Assembly (NCBI GenBank): GCA_028023455.1
Contig: JAQFVV010000010.1
Coordinates: forward strand, 10,850,001-10,914,000
Direction of reading: 5' to 3'
DNA length: 64,000 bases
From: Epiperipatus broadwayi
Taxonomy: Eukaryota > Animalia > Onychophora
Shown here piece by piece: positions 39,990 to 52,384 of the stretch (the stretch's first letter is position 1; the number at the start of each line of letters is the position of its first letter). Below the pieces are notes generated by a model. That model was given only the letters and a program-made list of their open reading frames with translations. It searched no databases and was not told where the DNA came from. A program made the position numbers and the translations under genes.

Positions 39990-40330
39990 TGTTTTTCAAA
40001 AGATGTGCATTCATGCAATATAATTCTCTAATAATTTTTACACTGATTGAGGCTAATGAAGCCATCTTTCAGAGATGCATTTATAGATGTCCTTGAACCC
40101 TAGTTTTGATCTACTTCTTGATCTTTTTCTTTTAGTCAATTCATCAAAAAGTATTTGTTTAGAATTGTGGCTGCTATCTATTCTGATGTATTTTAATTAC
40201 CCTAATTTCCACTGCAGAATGAAGAAATTATGGTTTGCACAACTATTTCTTATTTGTTATTCATTTTATCATAATTTTTTGAAGGCTAAACAGTAGGAAT
40301 TGTTTGATCTTCTCTCTACCACATTAAATT
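39990..40330 (-). pseudogene. Decayed LINE (RTE-like) 3' coding relic
   Basis: RIDSSHNSKQILFDELTKRKRSRSRSKLGFKD resembles the RTE C-terminal R-x-PKQLLYGEL...GRPKLRFKD. Confidence 0.55.
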
Positions 40331-41202
40331 TATTGTCCACATTTTTATGTCTATTTAAGAGAATATTTAGTATATGAGTCTGATATCTCTACAGCCTTTT
40401 TGTTCGTTCACCAAATGTATTAGCAATTCTCTTAAAATTGCATTAATTTTTTTAGCAAAAAATCATGTACATAATTGTGTAACTGCAATAGTTGAAAGTC
40501 TGTATAATCATCAGATTATATTTCTAAAGTAATATTGAAAGTGTGAGATATCAAGCAACTTTTCTCATTCTTATCTTTAGTTAGAAAGGATTAACTATTA
40601 TAACCATTTAGAGAAAACAGTAAATGTAAATACTTTTCTTGTGAATATCATGAGCAAAAAGTTGCACCCTTATTAGGTGTTGCTGTGCTTAATGTGAATA
40701 AAGTCATCATCATTGATGTTTTAAAATCATAACACAGAGCAGTAAAGCTAAGAAATTTGGAATAAGGTAGTCATATTCAACTCCATATCTGATCTTAAAG
40801 CTCTTTATGACAATCAATATATATATGGAATTTTGGTTCAATAATTAAAGATCTTTTACATTGTGCACTCAATAAAATATAATTACAACTCTACAATAGT
40901 TTATAGATTTTCCAGTATTAAGATCGCAATACTAACTTGTTGTAAATCGCAAGATTTCATGAAAGTTAATTAGTAAAGGAAATAGTGGACTTAAATAGTG
41001 AAAAGAACACCAACTTCACTCTCCTAAATCAGGATGCTTCAGATTGGCATATATAAGTAGAAATTTAGGTTAAAGATAAAATGGCTGCTCTTATCTTTAT
41101 AAAAGTCGCTATCTTGGGTCATAGTTTGTGAGGTCCCTCTATCAGCAAAATAATATTGCTTGATTACTAGAAATTTAAAGGTGCATTCGTTACAGGTTAA
41201 AG

Positions 41203-43830
41203 CAGGCATGGCCAACAGTTTTTGCCCATGGACCAGATTAGAAAGAAAACTTTTTTTACGGGCCGGATGAAATATTGAAATTAAAAAATGTTAAATACAA
41301 AAATGATTCATTCAAGTAAACAAAGTTTTATTATGTAATTTGTTTATGAATAAATGTAAGTAATTTAGTACAACAAATTAACAAAAAAACTAATGTGATA
41401 TGTTGAAGCACTTTGCATTGCCTATTATATTTTTAATATCTGACTCTATACTTGTAGTAGCTATTCTTAACACAGCCTTTAAATGTAAATCATTCAATCT
41501 TGATCTTGTACTTTTATTTAGATTCATTAAAGAAAAAGTTTGTTCAAAAATATAAGTTGAGCTGAAGATTACTAAATATTCCTTGGCAAGATTTTTTAAA
41601 TTTCCATATTGTCCATCATTCAATTGCTTATAAAAATTGCACAAATTTTCTTGCTCTTCTCAATATTTCTCATATAATAATTCATCACATTGTAAATTAA
41701 TTATTTGTAATTGTATATCAACAGTAATATCTACATGTACAGAAAATGGATTTTGGATAATAGATAAAATTTTATCAATTTTCTTGAAGCAATCGAATTG
41801 CTGCTCGAAATCTGTCATTAGTGGAAGGATATTGTTATTAAATTCTTGAACCTTTTCTCTTGGAATATTTAATGATACGGTCCCTAATGTTGGAAAATGA
41901 TCAAATTGGTATTCAGCCAGATTTCAAGAAAAAAGACTAAGCGTCATTTGAAAAGATTTTAACCTTTGTATTAAATCATGAGCATATACATTTTTCCCAT
42001 GTAAACATATGTTAAATTCATTGAAATGTGTGAGAATATCCAAAGAAAATGCTAAATCACAAATCCAATTTGGTTCTGATAATTCAGGAAAATCCTCATT
42101 TTCTTTTAAATGTTAAAAATATTTTTATTTCCTCTTGAAGATCCCACACACATCTTAAAACTTTTCCCAAGCTTAACCAACAGATTTTATTGTGATATAG
42201 TACATTTACATAACTGGTATTTAGTTCTTCAAGGAGTCCAATAAATTGATGTGTTTTAATCCTTTTGATCGAAGGAAATTCACTAATTTCACAACTACGT
42301 TTGTAACATGATCAATTTTTAAAATATTTTTGCATAATGCATGTTGATGAATAATGCAGTGTATGGATATAATTTTATGATTTGGATCAATTTCAGAAAT
42401 TTTGTCTTCAATTTATCTTATGACACCAGTATTTTTTCCAATCATATTTGGTGATCCATCTGTTGTTGCATTTTCCAATTTGTTTCAGTCAATATTGTAT
42501 TTAAAAAAATATTTTTCAACCTCATGGCAAAGATCTTCTCCCTTGGTTGTGTCTTTCATAGGAACAATTGACAAAAGTTCTTCCAAAATTTGAAAATCTT
42601 CAGTGATAGTTCTGACAAAAATTAATAACTGAGCAGTATCCTTTACATCGCAACTTTCGTCAAGAGCTATTGCATAAAAATGGGCCAATTCAAATTACCA
42701 TTCATATCTTCTATTCTTTGGGCAATAGTTTGCCGAGACAGGCTTATATTTTCAACTTTATGTTTAGCTTCTGAACACATTACATCACAAACATCCAATT
42801 TTTACAAATTCTCCTTCAGCAAAAGGTTTCCACATTTAGCAATCCGTTTTGCTACTAGAAAACTTGCTTCAGTAGCAGATTCTTGTAATCGATTTTGCTG
42901 TGTAAATACATTTTGCTGCTGGATCAATTTTACTATGAGATCTGCGGCTTGTTTTTTTCGGGTTTCTTCATTTAAATTTTATGTGTAACTTGCATGTTTC
43001 GTTTCAAAATGTCTTCTTAAGTTGTATTCTTTTAAAACAGCTACACTCGAATTGCAAATAAGACAAACCACCTTATTATTGTATATAGTAAAAAAATATT
43101 TCCACTTCCATTCATCATATATACAGCATTCAAGATAATTTTTTTGTTTTCTGGAAGTCATCCCTAGAGTGAAAAAATTGTTTAATATACAATAATATTT
43201 TAATAAAAATATAATTGCATATTGTATAAATATCCAAACTGTATCCAATCAATCGAAACAATATTTAATTAATAGAATGAGCTTGAAGGGGTTATATCGC
43301 AAATAAAACAATTACTTCGTTTTACAAACAGTCTGGACACGTTTTCAGTTATCAACTGCAGCTATTGTCTATGCTACAATGCCACTTGATTCAGCACACT
43401 TGACCACAAAAATAATGAATTGCTTCACCTTGGGTGCGCACTGGCAAACTCTCCCTACAAGAATGTGGGTTTTACATCGCCGCTAAATGTCAAACAGTTC
43501 ATATCGAGTACAGATGAGTACAAAAGTTGTAAATATTTGTAATGGAATTTTTTTAAAAAATAAAGAAGTATCGCGAATCCATTCAACCAATTATTGTAAG
43601 TTAACCCTAGATTAGTCACATACGGAATTCTTTTCTGCATATCACTATCTTCTTAAATATCTCTATTTCCAATAATCAAAGACACTTCCGCTTCTGAGTA
43701 ACTGAGATTTTAACTTTCATTGTTGTACAATGGTTAGATATTGTAGTTTATGTATAATGATTTTTGGAGAATATTAAAAATTTAATCGTGGGCTGGATCC
43801 GGCCCGCAGGCCATATGTTGGCCATGCCTG
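41203..43830 (-). mobile_element. Full-length hAT DNA transposon (SPIN/GTF2IRD2/EPM2AIP1-like)
   Basis: Perfect 14-bp TIRs CAGGCATGGCCAAC / GTTGGCCATGCCTG; 8-bp TSD GGTTAAAG (41195-41202) / GATTAAAG (43831-43838). Confidence 0.95.
41390..43161 (-). pseudogene. hAT transposase, frameshifted
   Basis: VCLICNSSVAVLKEYNLRRHFETKH (BED-like), YAIALDESCDVKDTAQLLIFVR, and FSSTYIFEQTFSLMN (dimerisation region). Confidence 0.93.
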
Positions 43831-44020
43831 GATTAAAGCCTATTTAAGTATTTACATATACTTTGTGTGTGCTCAATAAAATTTAATTACAACTCTACAA
43901 TTGTGAATTAATGAAAATTTATGTTCTCCAGTAGAAGAGTTATAAATAAAGAAGAAAAAAAATGTTTTCTATTCTTTTGCTATAAATAAAAAAAATAATT
44001 TTGTCAACAATTTTAAATTT

Positions 44021-44528
44021 AAACAAACAAAATTCTCCACACAGTAGTGCCACTCAGTGCAAGCCAGAGTAATCAATGGATTCCAGAAGGCTTGCGCATA
44101 AAATCCTTATCTAGTGCCTATTCATCCAATATCCCCAGACTAGTTTCTGGCTTGTGGCCTTCGTCAGTGAGGAGCCTTGGATCTAAGAGCACTGCACCTA
44201 GATCTTAGGATCTAATGCAACCCTCCGGTAGCCACCTTTTATCTCTACTTAACTGCAAAACTATGAGAATAAAATTGAAAACTATTTTCAATCAAAACTC
44301 ATTAGCTTATATAATAGTCATATAGGTCTGAACTCAGTTAAGTACCCATACATTTTGGTGTCTTTGATTCTTTAATAACCATAGCTACCACTATCCTATT
44401 GGGTTGGATTGGTATTAAACCACCATTGATTACTCTGGCTTGCACTGAGTGGCACTACTGTATTGAGAGTTTTGCCTGTTTTAATAACAGTTATGAGCAA
44501 GGATAAGAAATGGTGATCATGTGATGTT
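44021..44528. mobile_element. Family B HHR element, fold-back locus 3 (HHR 44133-44172 minus; right arm 44423-44528; about 240-bp unrelated spacer)
   Basis: CCTCA CTGACGA aGGC cacaa GCCa GAAA C ta G TC TGGGG; 44021-44079 is the inverted repeat of 44423-44482. Confidence 0.85.
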
Positions 44529-44799
44529 TGGTTGCTTAATTTTAAATTTATTAGAAATTTTTTAAAACGTTAATAAAAAAATTGTAATGGTGAAGAGATA
44601 ACTAATTATTTGCCATACTCATATCATAAGGTTTAAAGCCAGTCAGAAATATTTCAAATACCCAGATCATAGCAAAGCTAGCTAGCCATTTAGTATTGGT
44701 GTAAATGGGTATTTAGCTATTTCTAGTTGGAAAACAGAATAAGAAAGGGAAAATATAAAAGTCATCAATACTGATCTAATAAATGTCAATAACAGTATT

Positions 44800-45300
44800 T
44801 TTTAAATTTGTGAAAAAGTATCTGAAAAGTTTACTCCACAGTGGAATGCAACAAAATTGTTACATTTACTGAATAAACAAATTTTCTCATCTTTGAACTG
44901 ATTATGATCCGATTTAAAAAATAAAGGAATAGAAAAAAAATGTACAGTAATTATCATAAAATATCACTCATCCATTAGAGCAAAAGTATTTTCAAAAATT
45001 TTATTGAATACATTTTTGCCAGTTGTAGATGAATGATTTTCGGAATATGATTTTTGGTCATAAATATGTATTTTGTCCCCAGGCAAGAGTTATTAGTAAA
45101 AATATGATTTATATATTGTTTTTATTGATTTGATTCAGTTAAACAAAAAGGTGGGTGGCATTGTTTGAAAGTAGCTGGTTATTGATGGAATGGTGTCCAT
45201 ACAATATTATAAAAGAGAGCTACTATTGGTATGTATAGACTGAGGTATTCAAAATGAAAATTGTGATATACTCTATAATTTTGATTTCCATTTTTATTAA
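44800..45300 (+). pseudogene. Decayed LINE RT relic
   Basis: KNKG..KKC..NYHKISL and FVPRQ...YIVFIDL remnants across frameshifts. Confidence 0.4.
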
Positions 45301-45710
45301 AATAATAACTCAAGAGCTAAAGGCTTTTGAATCAATTTTTAGTTTGAATGTCACATACCTCCGAAGCTAACCATACAATTTTTTTTATCCTTTCATTGAA
45401 AATGATAATTATGACTGCTTAAATTTTTTATTAGTTAGATAGTACTAATGATTTTTTTTTTGGCATATTTCTTAATTTCTCTTTAAATATCTATGATATT
45501 TCTTCTATCTTTATCATTTTAATTAGATTTCTTTAATTTTGAAAACTAGTTTTATTTTTCTTAAGCTTCAGATTGGTATTTGCAATTGCTAAACTAATAT
45601 CAGGATTTATATCTGTCCTGTGAAGACCACTAAATCACTATTGTACTGCTGTTGTATCATATCTGTGATATATATATATATATGTTAAAACGAAGATTTG
45701 CATGGGTTAA

Positions 45711-46177
45711 ATATATAAAATACATATTTTGCGGGTTCATCCGTGTTAAAAACTTTTAATATCAATATACTGACGTTTCGACTTGGTCACACAAGCCATC
45801 CACAGAGTTATAAAAAGGTAGAAAGACGGTTGTAGAGGCGCTACAATCACTGGTTTGAATAAAACATTAAAAATCCCACCAATAGCAAAAATGTTAAATT
45901 TAAGAATGTTTTTTAAAGAAATCTTTCCAAATAGGAGGAAGTCAAACTTCCTCCTATTTGGAAAGATTTCTTTAAAAAACATTCTTAAATTTAACATTTT
46001 TGCTATTGGTGGGATTTTTAATGTTTTATTCAAACCAGTGATTGTAGCGCCTCTACAACCGTCTTTCTACCTTTTTATAACTCTGTGGATGGCTTGTGTG
46101 ACCAAGTCGAAACGTCAGTATATTGATATTAAAAGTTTTTAACACGGATGAACCCGCAAAATATGTATTTTATATAT
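45711..46177. mobile_element. Perfect palindrome of a PLE 3' end (family D): 232-bp arms, 3-nt loop CAA (45943-45945), inserted in (TA)n
   Basis: No mismatch seen between arms; right arm starts with the PLE-type C-terminus KLPPIWKDFFKKHS* and contains an HHR-like motif. Confidence 0.92.
46080..46119 (+). ncRNA. Minimal PLE-type hammerhead with variant core CTGTGGA (mirror copy 45769-45808, minus)
   Basis: ACT CTGTGGA t GGCTTG tgtgac CAAGTC GAAA C G TC AGT; palindromic stem III ACGT; the conserved A6 is T. Confidence 0.7.
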
Positions 46178-46199
46178 ATATATCATCTGCTGGAATTGT

Positions 46200-46500
46200 G
46201 TGTTGCAAATCATCCTATATTCTAAAGCAAACTGTAGATCTTTCATTATGATAATTTTTCTCTCTAAAACTTTATTTTACCATAGCTTATTACCATCTTC
46301 AAGTACCATTTTCCATTTTCTTTCTTAGCATTTGAATTCCTGACAATAATCCTTGTATTTGATACAGGGGCATATAGTAAGATAGCACTAATAGACATAA
46401 ATATATTAACCAATCTGCTTTTTTCTTGGTAGAAATCCTAACCCAGCTTTGTGCTTTAAATTATTTCCAGATCAATAAACTCACTACTATTTGTCTAAAG
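46200..46500 (-). pseudogene. Decayed LINE APE endonuclease relic
   Basis: AILLYAP and IIVRNSNAK remnants (compare IIQVYAP, IIMGDFNAK). Confidence 0.4.
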
Positions 46501-47520
46501 CATCTCTGCTCGTCAAAATATATATTTGTATTTTTTTATTTTTCTTTGGAGTAACTGCCAGATATCTATAAAATTCTCACAGTCCAAAGTTTTATATTCA
46601 CTAGTTAACAGCTTTTTTTTTTTTTAGTAAATGATTTGCTGACTCAATTCTGATTACTTATTTTGGATATAAAAAAAACCTTATTTAGAAGGTGTTGTTT
46701 GAATTACAAGATTTTTTTGTAAAATATTCATCATGCTATATTTTGTTTTATTCTTTACAATCAATGAACTGACATCAAACTTAATGGTGTTCAAATTATA
46801 TTCTATGGAACTTTTAGGTTCCATGCAACTACTTCAGAGTTTCACAAGATGAAAATTAAAAATAATTTTCAGAGAAAAAAACCTGAAAAGCTAAAAATTC
46901 AAAGTAGTTAATTCATAATAATATTTTTTATTTTAATAAATAGCTGTTATTACTTGTTTAAAACTGTATATACTTATTATGTAATAAAACTATTTACGAA
47001 TACACATAACTTTGCTCACTCAGATGTAAATAATAAAATTTAGTCTTGTAAGATGGCTGAATTTCAAACTTGTGGGATTATGTATCCTAAATTAATGCAA
47101 TTTGCTTCTGTAGAACAATTACTTGACTATTTTGTTTTTCTTAAATAATAGAAGCTTTAAGAACATTATACAATAATGTAACTTTCTTTAAACCAGAGTG
47201 CGAGGATCTGCATCCAGATTAGATCTCTTGGCCAAACCTGGAATTAGCTCATATGAACAGTCTGTCTGTGCAGAAGCTCACTTATTTCTAGTGCCTGATG
47301 ATCATGCACTAATAATGTATTTGCATGCAATGAGAGATTAATTAATGGTGAATCTAGACTTCATATAATTTGTTTCATTTAGAAATAATTATACACAAAA
47401 TGAAGTCTTTTTGATTTTTATTGTTTGTCTTAATTTTAAATTTCAGCTGATTTTAATGATTTGCTTTCACAACTTTTAAAATGAATAACTAATCTTTCTT
47501 ATTGCATTGCCAAATGTATA

Positions 47521-47730
47521 TCATATAATACTAAATCATCCATGTACTTTACTACTGTTGCACAATGCTTTATTTACCACCCTCTTCTACAGTTTACAGT
47601 TTCAATTTTCCCAGCAATCTTCTTCAGAACTTTTATATCTCCTAACTTCAACTGTAAACTGTAAAAGAGGGTGGTAAATAAAGCATTGTGTAACAGTAGT
47701 AAAGTGCATGGATGATTTAGTATTATATGA
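47521..47730. repeat. Inverted repeat, 81-bp arms (3 mismatches), 48-bp spacer
   Basis: 47521-47601 versus 47650-47730. Confidence 0.92.
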
Positions 47731-47769
47731 ACTTTTAAAATTAAAAAATTTTTTTAATTTAACCTTTAG

Positions 47770-49570
47770 AAATGAATGATTAAAAACTGGAAAATTTAAG
47801 CAAAAAGATGAATTCATGACAAACAATGACAATGAAAAACAATCTCTAACAAATGATGCTAGGTTATCTTATATCTATTTATCATCTGGAGATATATCTA
47901 TTAATAAAAACAGGCAAAAATATGATGAAAACTTTATAATATTTGGTTTTATTTGGATAGGGAATGAAGATGAGTCAAATGGGTTACGTGTTAAATATGA
48001 AAAAGCTATTAGTAATAGTAGTTTAAATCATGAAAAATTTAAAAGATATATGGAGTCTAATCATCTATATCTATATAAGAAAAGTATTGAATACTTTTAA
48101 TGTAAATGTTAGGACATGAAAAATATAACAAAATATATATTGAGGTTTTTTTCAATAGTTATTGAATTATTAAAGAAAGTGATGCATATATAATGGTGAA
48201 AAGTTAATGAAAGCTTGCATTATATATATATCTTGCAAGTTTTGTTAAAAATATGATAAAGAAAGTGATAGTGTATTTTTCTTCGATTCTACACTTACAA
48301 GACATATTAAGGAAATGTACTGTTTGTGAAAATAAATTATCTTATTTAAAGCCCTCTCACCATTATTATATGACTAAACTGGATGAATCTACAGATCTTG
48401 ATCTGTTATATTTTTAATTCTTCAATCCAAAGGAATATGCTTTTTTGCAAAGATCTTGTAGAAAGAATTATGTGAGAAAAATTTTTTGAATTTATTAGTA
48501 ATGACATGAATGAATATGAAAAAATCTTGGATTTATATTTGCATGTTCATAAAAATAAAGTATAATTCATTATTGGGCTTAAACCAACATACAATATTAT
48601 AAATAATTATAAAAATAATACATTAAATATTCCCATTGCTGTTTTCATCACTATACACTCATGGTAAAATGAATATAGAAAATATTAAAAGGAGGTTTAG
48701 GATAATATAAAAATTATACCTTTTATCAAATTCAAAGGATTAAATTCAAGATTATTTACTTTGTAGTGTGATGAATTAATTTAGGAAGTGGAAAAACTTG
48801 CTATTGTATGCAAATTTGTGATAATCATCAAGAGAAAAATCGTGAATGAATTTTTTTTGAGTTAGAAGATGAATTAAATAAAAAATGAATATCAACGTGA
48901 TTATGCTCCAAAATTGGACAATGAAATGTGATTGCAATTGATAGCCTATGTGGCAGACATTTATTTCTGATTTTTAATAAAGTTAATGATCTTTTCAAGA
49001 AGTTAAGGTTAAAACTAATGGAAAAAAATAATGCATTTCTTTTAAAAATACATATGTGGAAATTATATGTAAAAAAAATAATTTACTATATTTTGAAAAA
49101 CTTGATAGTTTCCTAATAGAGAATGAATAAAATTTAAATAACAATGTCAAAAATTACTCATTAGAATACATTTCCCAGTTGAAGGTCAGACAATATTTTA
49201 TAGAAGAGATTGGTGTTTATAATTGAATTATAAATCCATTTCAAAATTATAATAAATCAGATCATTTGATAATGAAGAAAATAAAGCATTTAGTTGACAT
49301 TTCAGCAGATTTGACATTAAAAATTAAATATTAGCAAGAAGTAATTTTTGATTTTATAAATTAATACAGAATATTCTATAATGTGTTAAACAAGCAATGA
49401 AGATCCTCATGGTTTTCATCACAACTTACTTACATAAAAAATAATTTTCAACTTATGTAGCAAAGTAAAATAAAATATAGAAATAGAGTGAATGCAGGTA
49501 TGAAATGTACTTGCAAACATCAATAGAGACTGATTTTATATAAAAAAATGCAAGCACAGTCCAACCATTA
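47770..49570 (+). pseudogene. Decayed Buster/Charlie-type (ZBED5/ZBED8-like) hAT transposase
   Basis: KYDENFIIFGFIWIG...LNHEKFKRYMESNH, IMTKLDESTD, IAYVADIYF and terminal QAQSNH*. Confidence 0.8.
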
Positions 49571-49697
49571 AACTTCCATATGTAGCAAAGATTAATAAAT
49601 TAGTAATTAATCCTATTTAGCTTGTGTTAAAATTGTTCAATAAAAGAAAAATATAATGAAATAATGATTTACTTTTCATATTCCACATAAACTGTAT

Positions 49698-50006
49698 TAA
49701 TAATTAAGGATCATTCCACTACACATGCACTGTATAGATTTTAAACACGGAAAACTTCTTTCCAAACACAAGATAAAGTCTTGAAAAGGTAGATGTATAG
49801 GCAAATCTTAGGCATTTGGAAATGGGACCACGAAGATATTAATTAAATACTTTAATTCTATTTATTATGTTTTTAATGATTCACGCTTGTGAAATTTTTA
49901 CAATTTACTACAAGTCACTGTTAAATGTAATGTTAAACATTAAGGAGAGTTTTCCGTGTTAAAAATCTATACAGGACATGTCTAGTGGAGTGATCACTAA
50001 TTATTG
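49698..50006. repeat. Imperfect inverted repeat, about 58-bp arms
   Basis: GATCATTCCACTA...AAACACGGAAAACT versus AGTTTTCCGTGTT...TAGTGGAGTGATC. Confidence 0.75.
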
Positions 50007-50419
50007 TTACAGATTAAAAACATAGCACTATATAAATAAATAACTTATTACATATGTTTAACATTACATCTAATAATACAGTATAAAAATTTTGCAAGTG
50101 TCAATCATTCAAAACATAGTAAATGGAATTAAAATATAATATTCTCTTTATTGTTTCTCATTAAGCCATATATATACATCTCTAATACACTGTTATCTTT
50201 CTAACATTTTGATCGCTTTTTTCTGCAGTCATTCTCAAGTACCTATAAAAATATATATATTTATGTCATTATTATTATAAAAAATATATACTCATCATAA
50301 AAAACAATATTTCTTTTTCATCTATCAAGAAATCTTTTTTTATATGCATATAACATTATATAAAACTACATATACTTACTTCCATATACTTAAACTTTTT
50401 GTTACCTTTTACATACTCA

Positions 50420-51100
50420 TTCCTTTATATAACTACAATCAATTTGTTATATTTTTGCCTTTTTATACAACTTTACTAATTATCTTTTAATTGCTAACAC
50501 CTTTACATATAATATGTTTTATTTAAATACATTATCTGCAGAATTCATTCTATTTGAAACAGATTTGTTTCTTTTTATATAACATCAAAATGTTAGAAAA
50601 ATTCCAATTATATAGGGAAAGAATGATAAAAGAAAGTCTATATATAAAAAGAAATCTGTTTTAAATAGAATGAATTCTGTAGATAATGTATTTAAATAAA
50701 GCAGATTATATGTAAAGGTGTTGGCAATTAAAAAGAAATTAATAAAATGGTATAAAAAGGCTATATATAACATTGGTTGTAGTTATATAAAGAGATTCAC
50801 AGCAAAGGCAAATTTCCAGCAATATTATAAAGAAATTGTAATACTGCTATTCACATGTAATAAGTCTGATAATGATTCCATAGAAATTGGTTTCTTCAAT
50901 AAAAAAGAAAAAAAATTGCTTAAAAAGCATTTTTAAATGCAAATCCAATATCAGACACTCAGAAGTTCTATTGTTTTATGCTTTTATTGGGTAAAATATT
51001 TCTAACAAAGATATTTTCAAAGATTGAGAAATGTATGATGTACAAGTTTTTTGTTTTTGTCAGAAGAAACTTTAAAACAAATTCTCATATTAATAGAATG
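50420..51100. mobile_element. Decayed LINE fragment with an inverted duplication (about 50420-50582 versus 50640-50800)
   Basis: Arms clearly complementary; LINE assignment rests on weak RT-like remnants near 50950-51030. Confidence 0.5.
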
Positions 51101-51387
51101 AAAATAATTTGTAATGTGAGGACAGTGATCATTAGTCTTAGTTAAGAATGAGACAACTGAGATGGTGGACACAAATTTTCCATTCTAAAAGTCCTACTCT
51201 TTAATATATATCCAGAGACTTTGATAATAAAGTAGAAGTGTTCCAAATTATTATCATAATGAATCTCAAATGCCTCATTGGTTGCACTTAAATGGACTTA
51301 CAAAGGATTGTTGAAATTTTTAATATAGAATGACCTGACATTACTAACATACATTAAGCTCCATAATCATTTGAGATTTTTCTAAAT

Positions 51388-51570
51388 CAATGGCTCTCAA
51401 CCTTCCTAATGACGTGACCTTTCATACAGTTCCTTATGTTGCGGTGACCCCCAACCTTTAATTTGCTACTGTTATGAATTGAAAATGTGTTTTCCAATAG
51501 TCTAGGCAACCCCTGTGAAAAGGTTATTCGACCCTCAAAGGGGTCGTGACCCACAGGTTGAGAACAGCTG
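51388..51570 (+). mobile_element. hAT-Charlie MITE resembling URR1/nhAT1
   Basis: CAATGGCTCTCAACCTTCCTAAT...GGTGACCCCCAACC...GGGGTCGTGACCCACAGGTTGAGAACAGCTG; TSD TTCTAAAT/TTTTAAAT; family match recalled from memory. Confidence 0.8.
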
Positions 51571-51684
51571 TTTTAAATTAAAATTGTTTAAATAATAGTT
51601 ATGCAGAAAAAAACTATAGTTATTATATTTTAACAATTTTGTTATCTTCCCATCCCCTACTTCCAATTAATTATTTAGATTATC

Positions 51685-51880
51685 CTGCCAAAGTAGAGCA
51701 TTGTCTTAAAAATATGATATTCAAGAATTTAAATATATAAGTTCGATTAACATTAATATTGTCACTGATCAGATCAGAAACACCTGAAGAAGAGCAGAGA
51801 ATAATCACTCGAAACATTGTGTAATCTACTAACCTGTGTTGTCTATTTGTGTATTATTACTAATAATATAATTAGCAGTG
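51685..51880 (+). mobile_element. Solo family A pLTR with the best-preserved A-type HHR (51780-51822)
   Basis: ACAC CTGAAGA aGAG...CTC GAAAC ATT GTGT; stem I ACAC/GTGT; stem III ACGT decayed to ACAT. Confidence 0.75.
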
Positions 51881-52384
51881 CTTTTTGTTTTAAAGTGGAA
51901 ATGATTTTTTTAAAAAAATAATTGAAAAATTTAAATTAAAATTTCATTTTGTTATTCATTTTTTTGGTTTTTCTGTTTGAATGCAATTTTTTCAAAAATA
52001 GTTTTGTCAATTTAATTAGAAAATTAAAATTTTATTTAAAAGGACTAAAGTCTATGATGATGATACCAATTCTGCCAAGGCTAACAGAAACCTTGAAATA
52101 TTTCTTATTCTGTTATATCAATTTCTGAATCTATGCAACCATTCTTTACTTTCAGTAAATAGCGGATGTCTTAAAAACGTAATCCCCCCCCCTCCAAAGA
52201 AATCTTTTTTTAAATTTTGTTTTTATTCTTTTCCCATGAATATAATAGCTTTTCAGTCTTCAATAAATATTTATCACTTATTATAGTTGTAACTTTAGTG
52301 ATTTTAGGAACACAAGCAATCCTAAATTTATTTTTTTTATTACATAAATCAACAATTTATTCTTATTCAGCTTCATGTATAAGC

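Noticed and set aside
45746-46142. Two near-identical 95-aa ORFs on opposite strands
   Set aside because: Automatic consequence of the palindrome; the real coding remnant is the short PLE C-terminus in another frame
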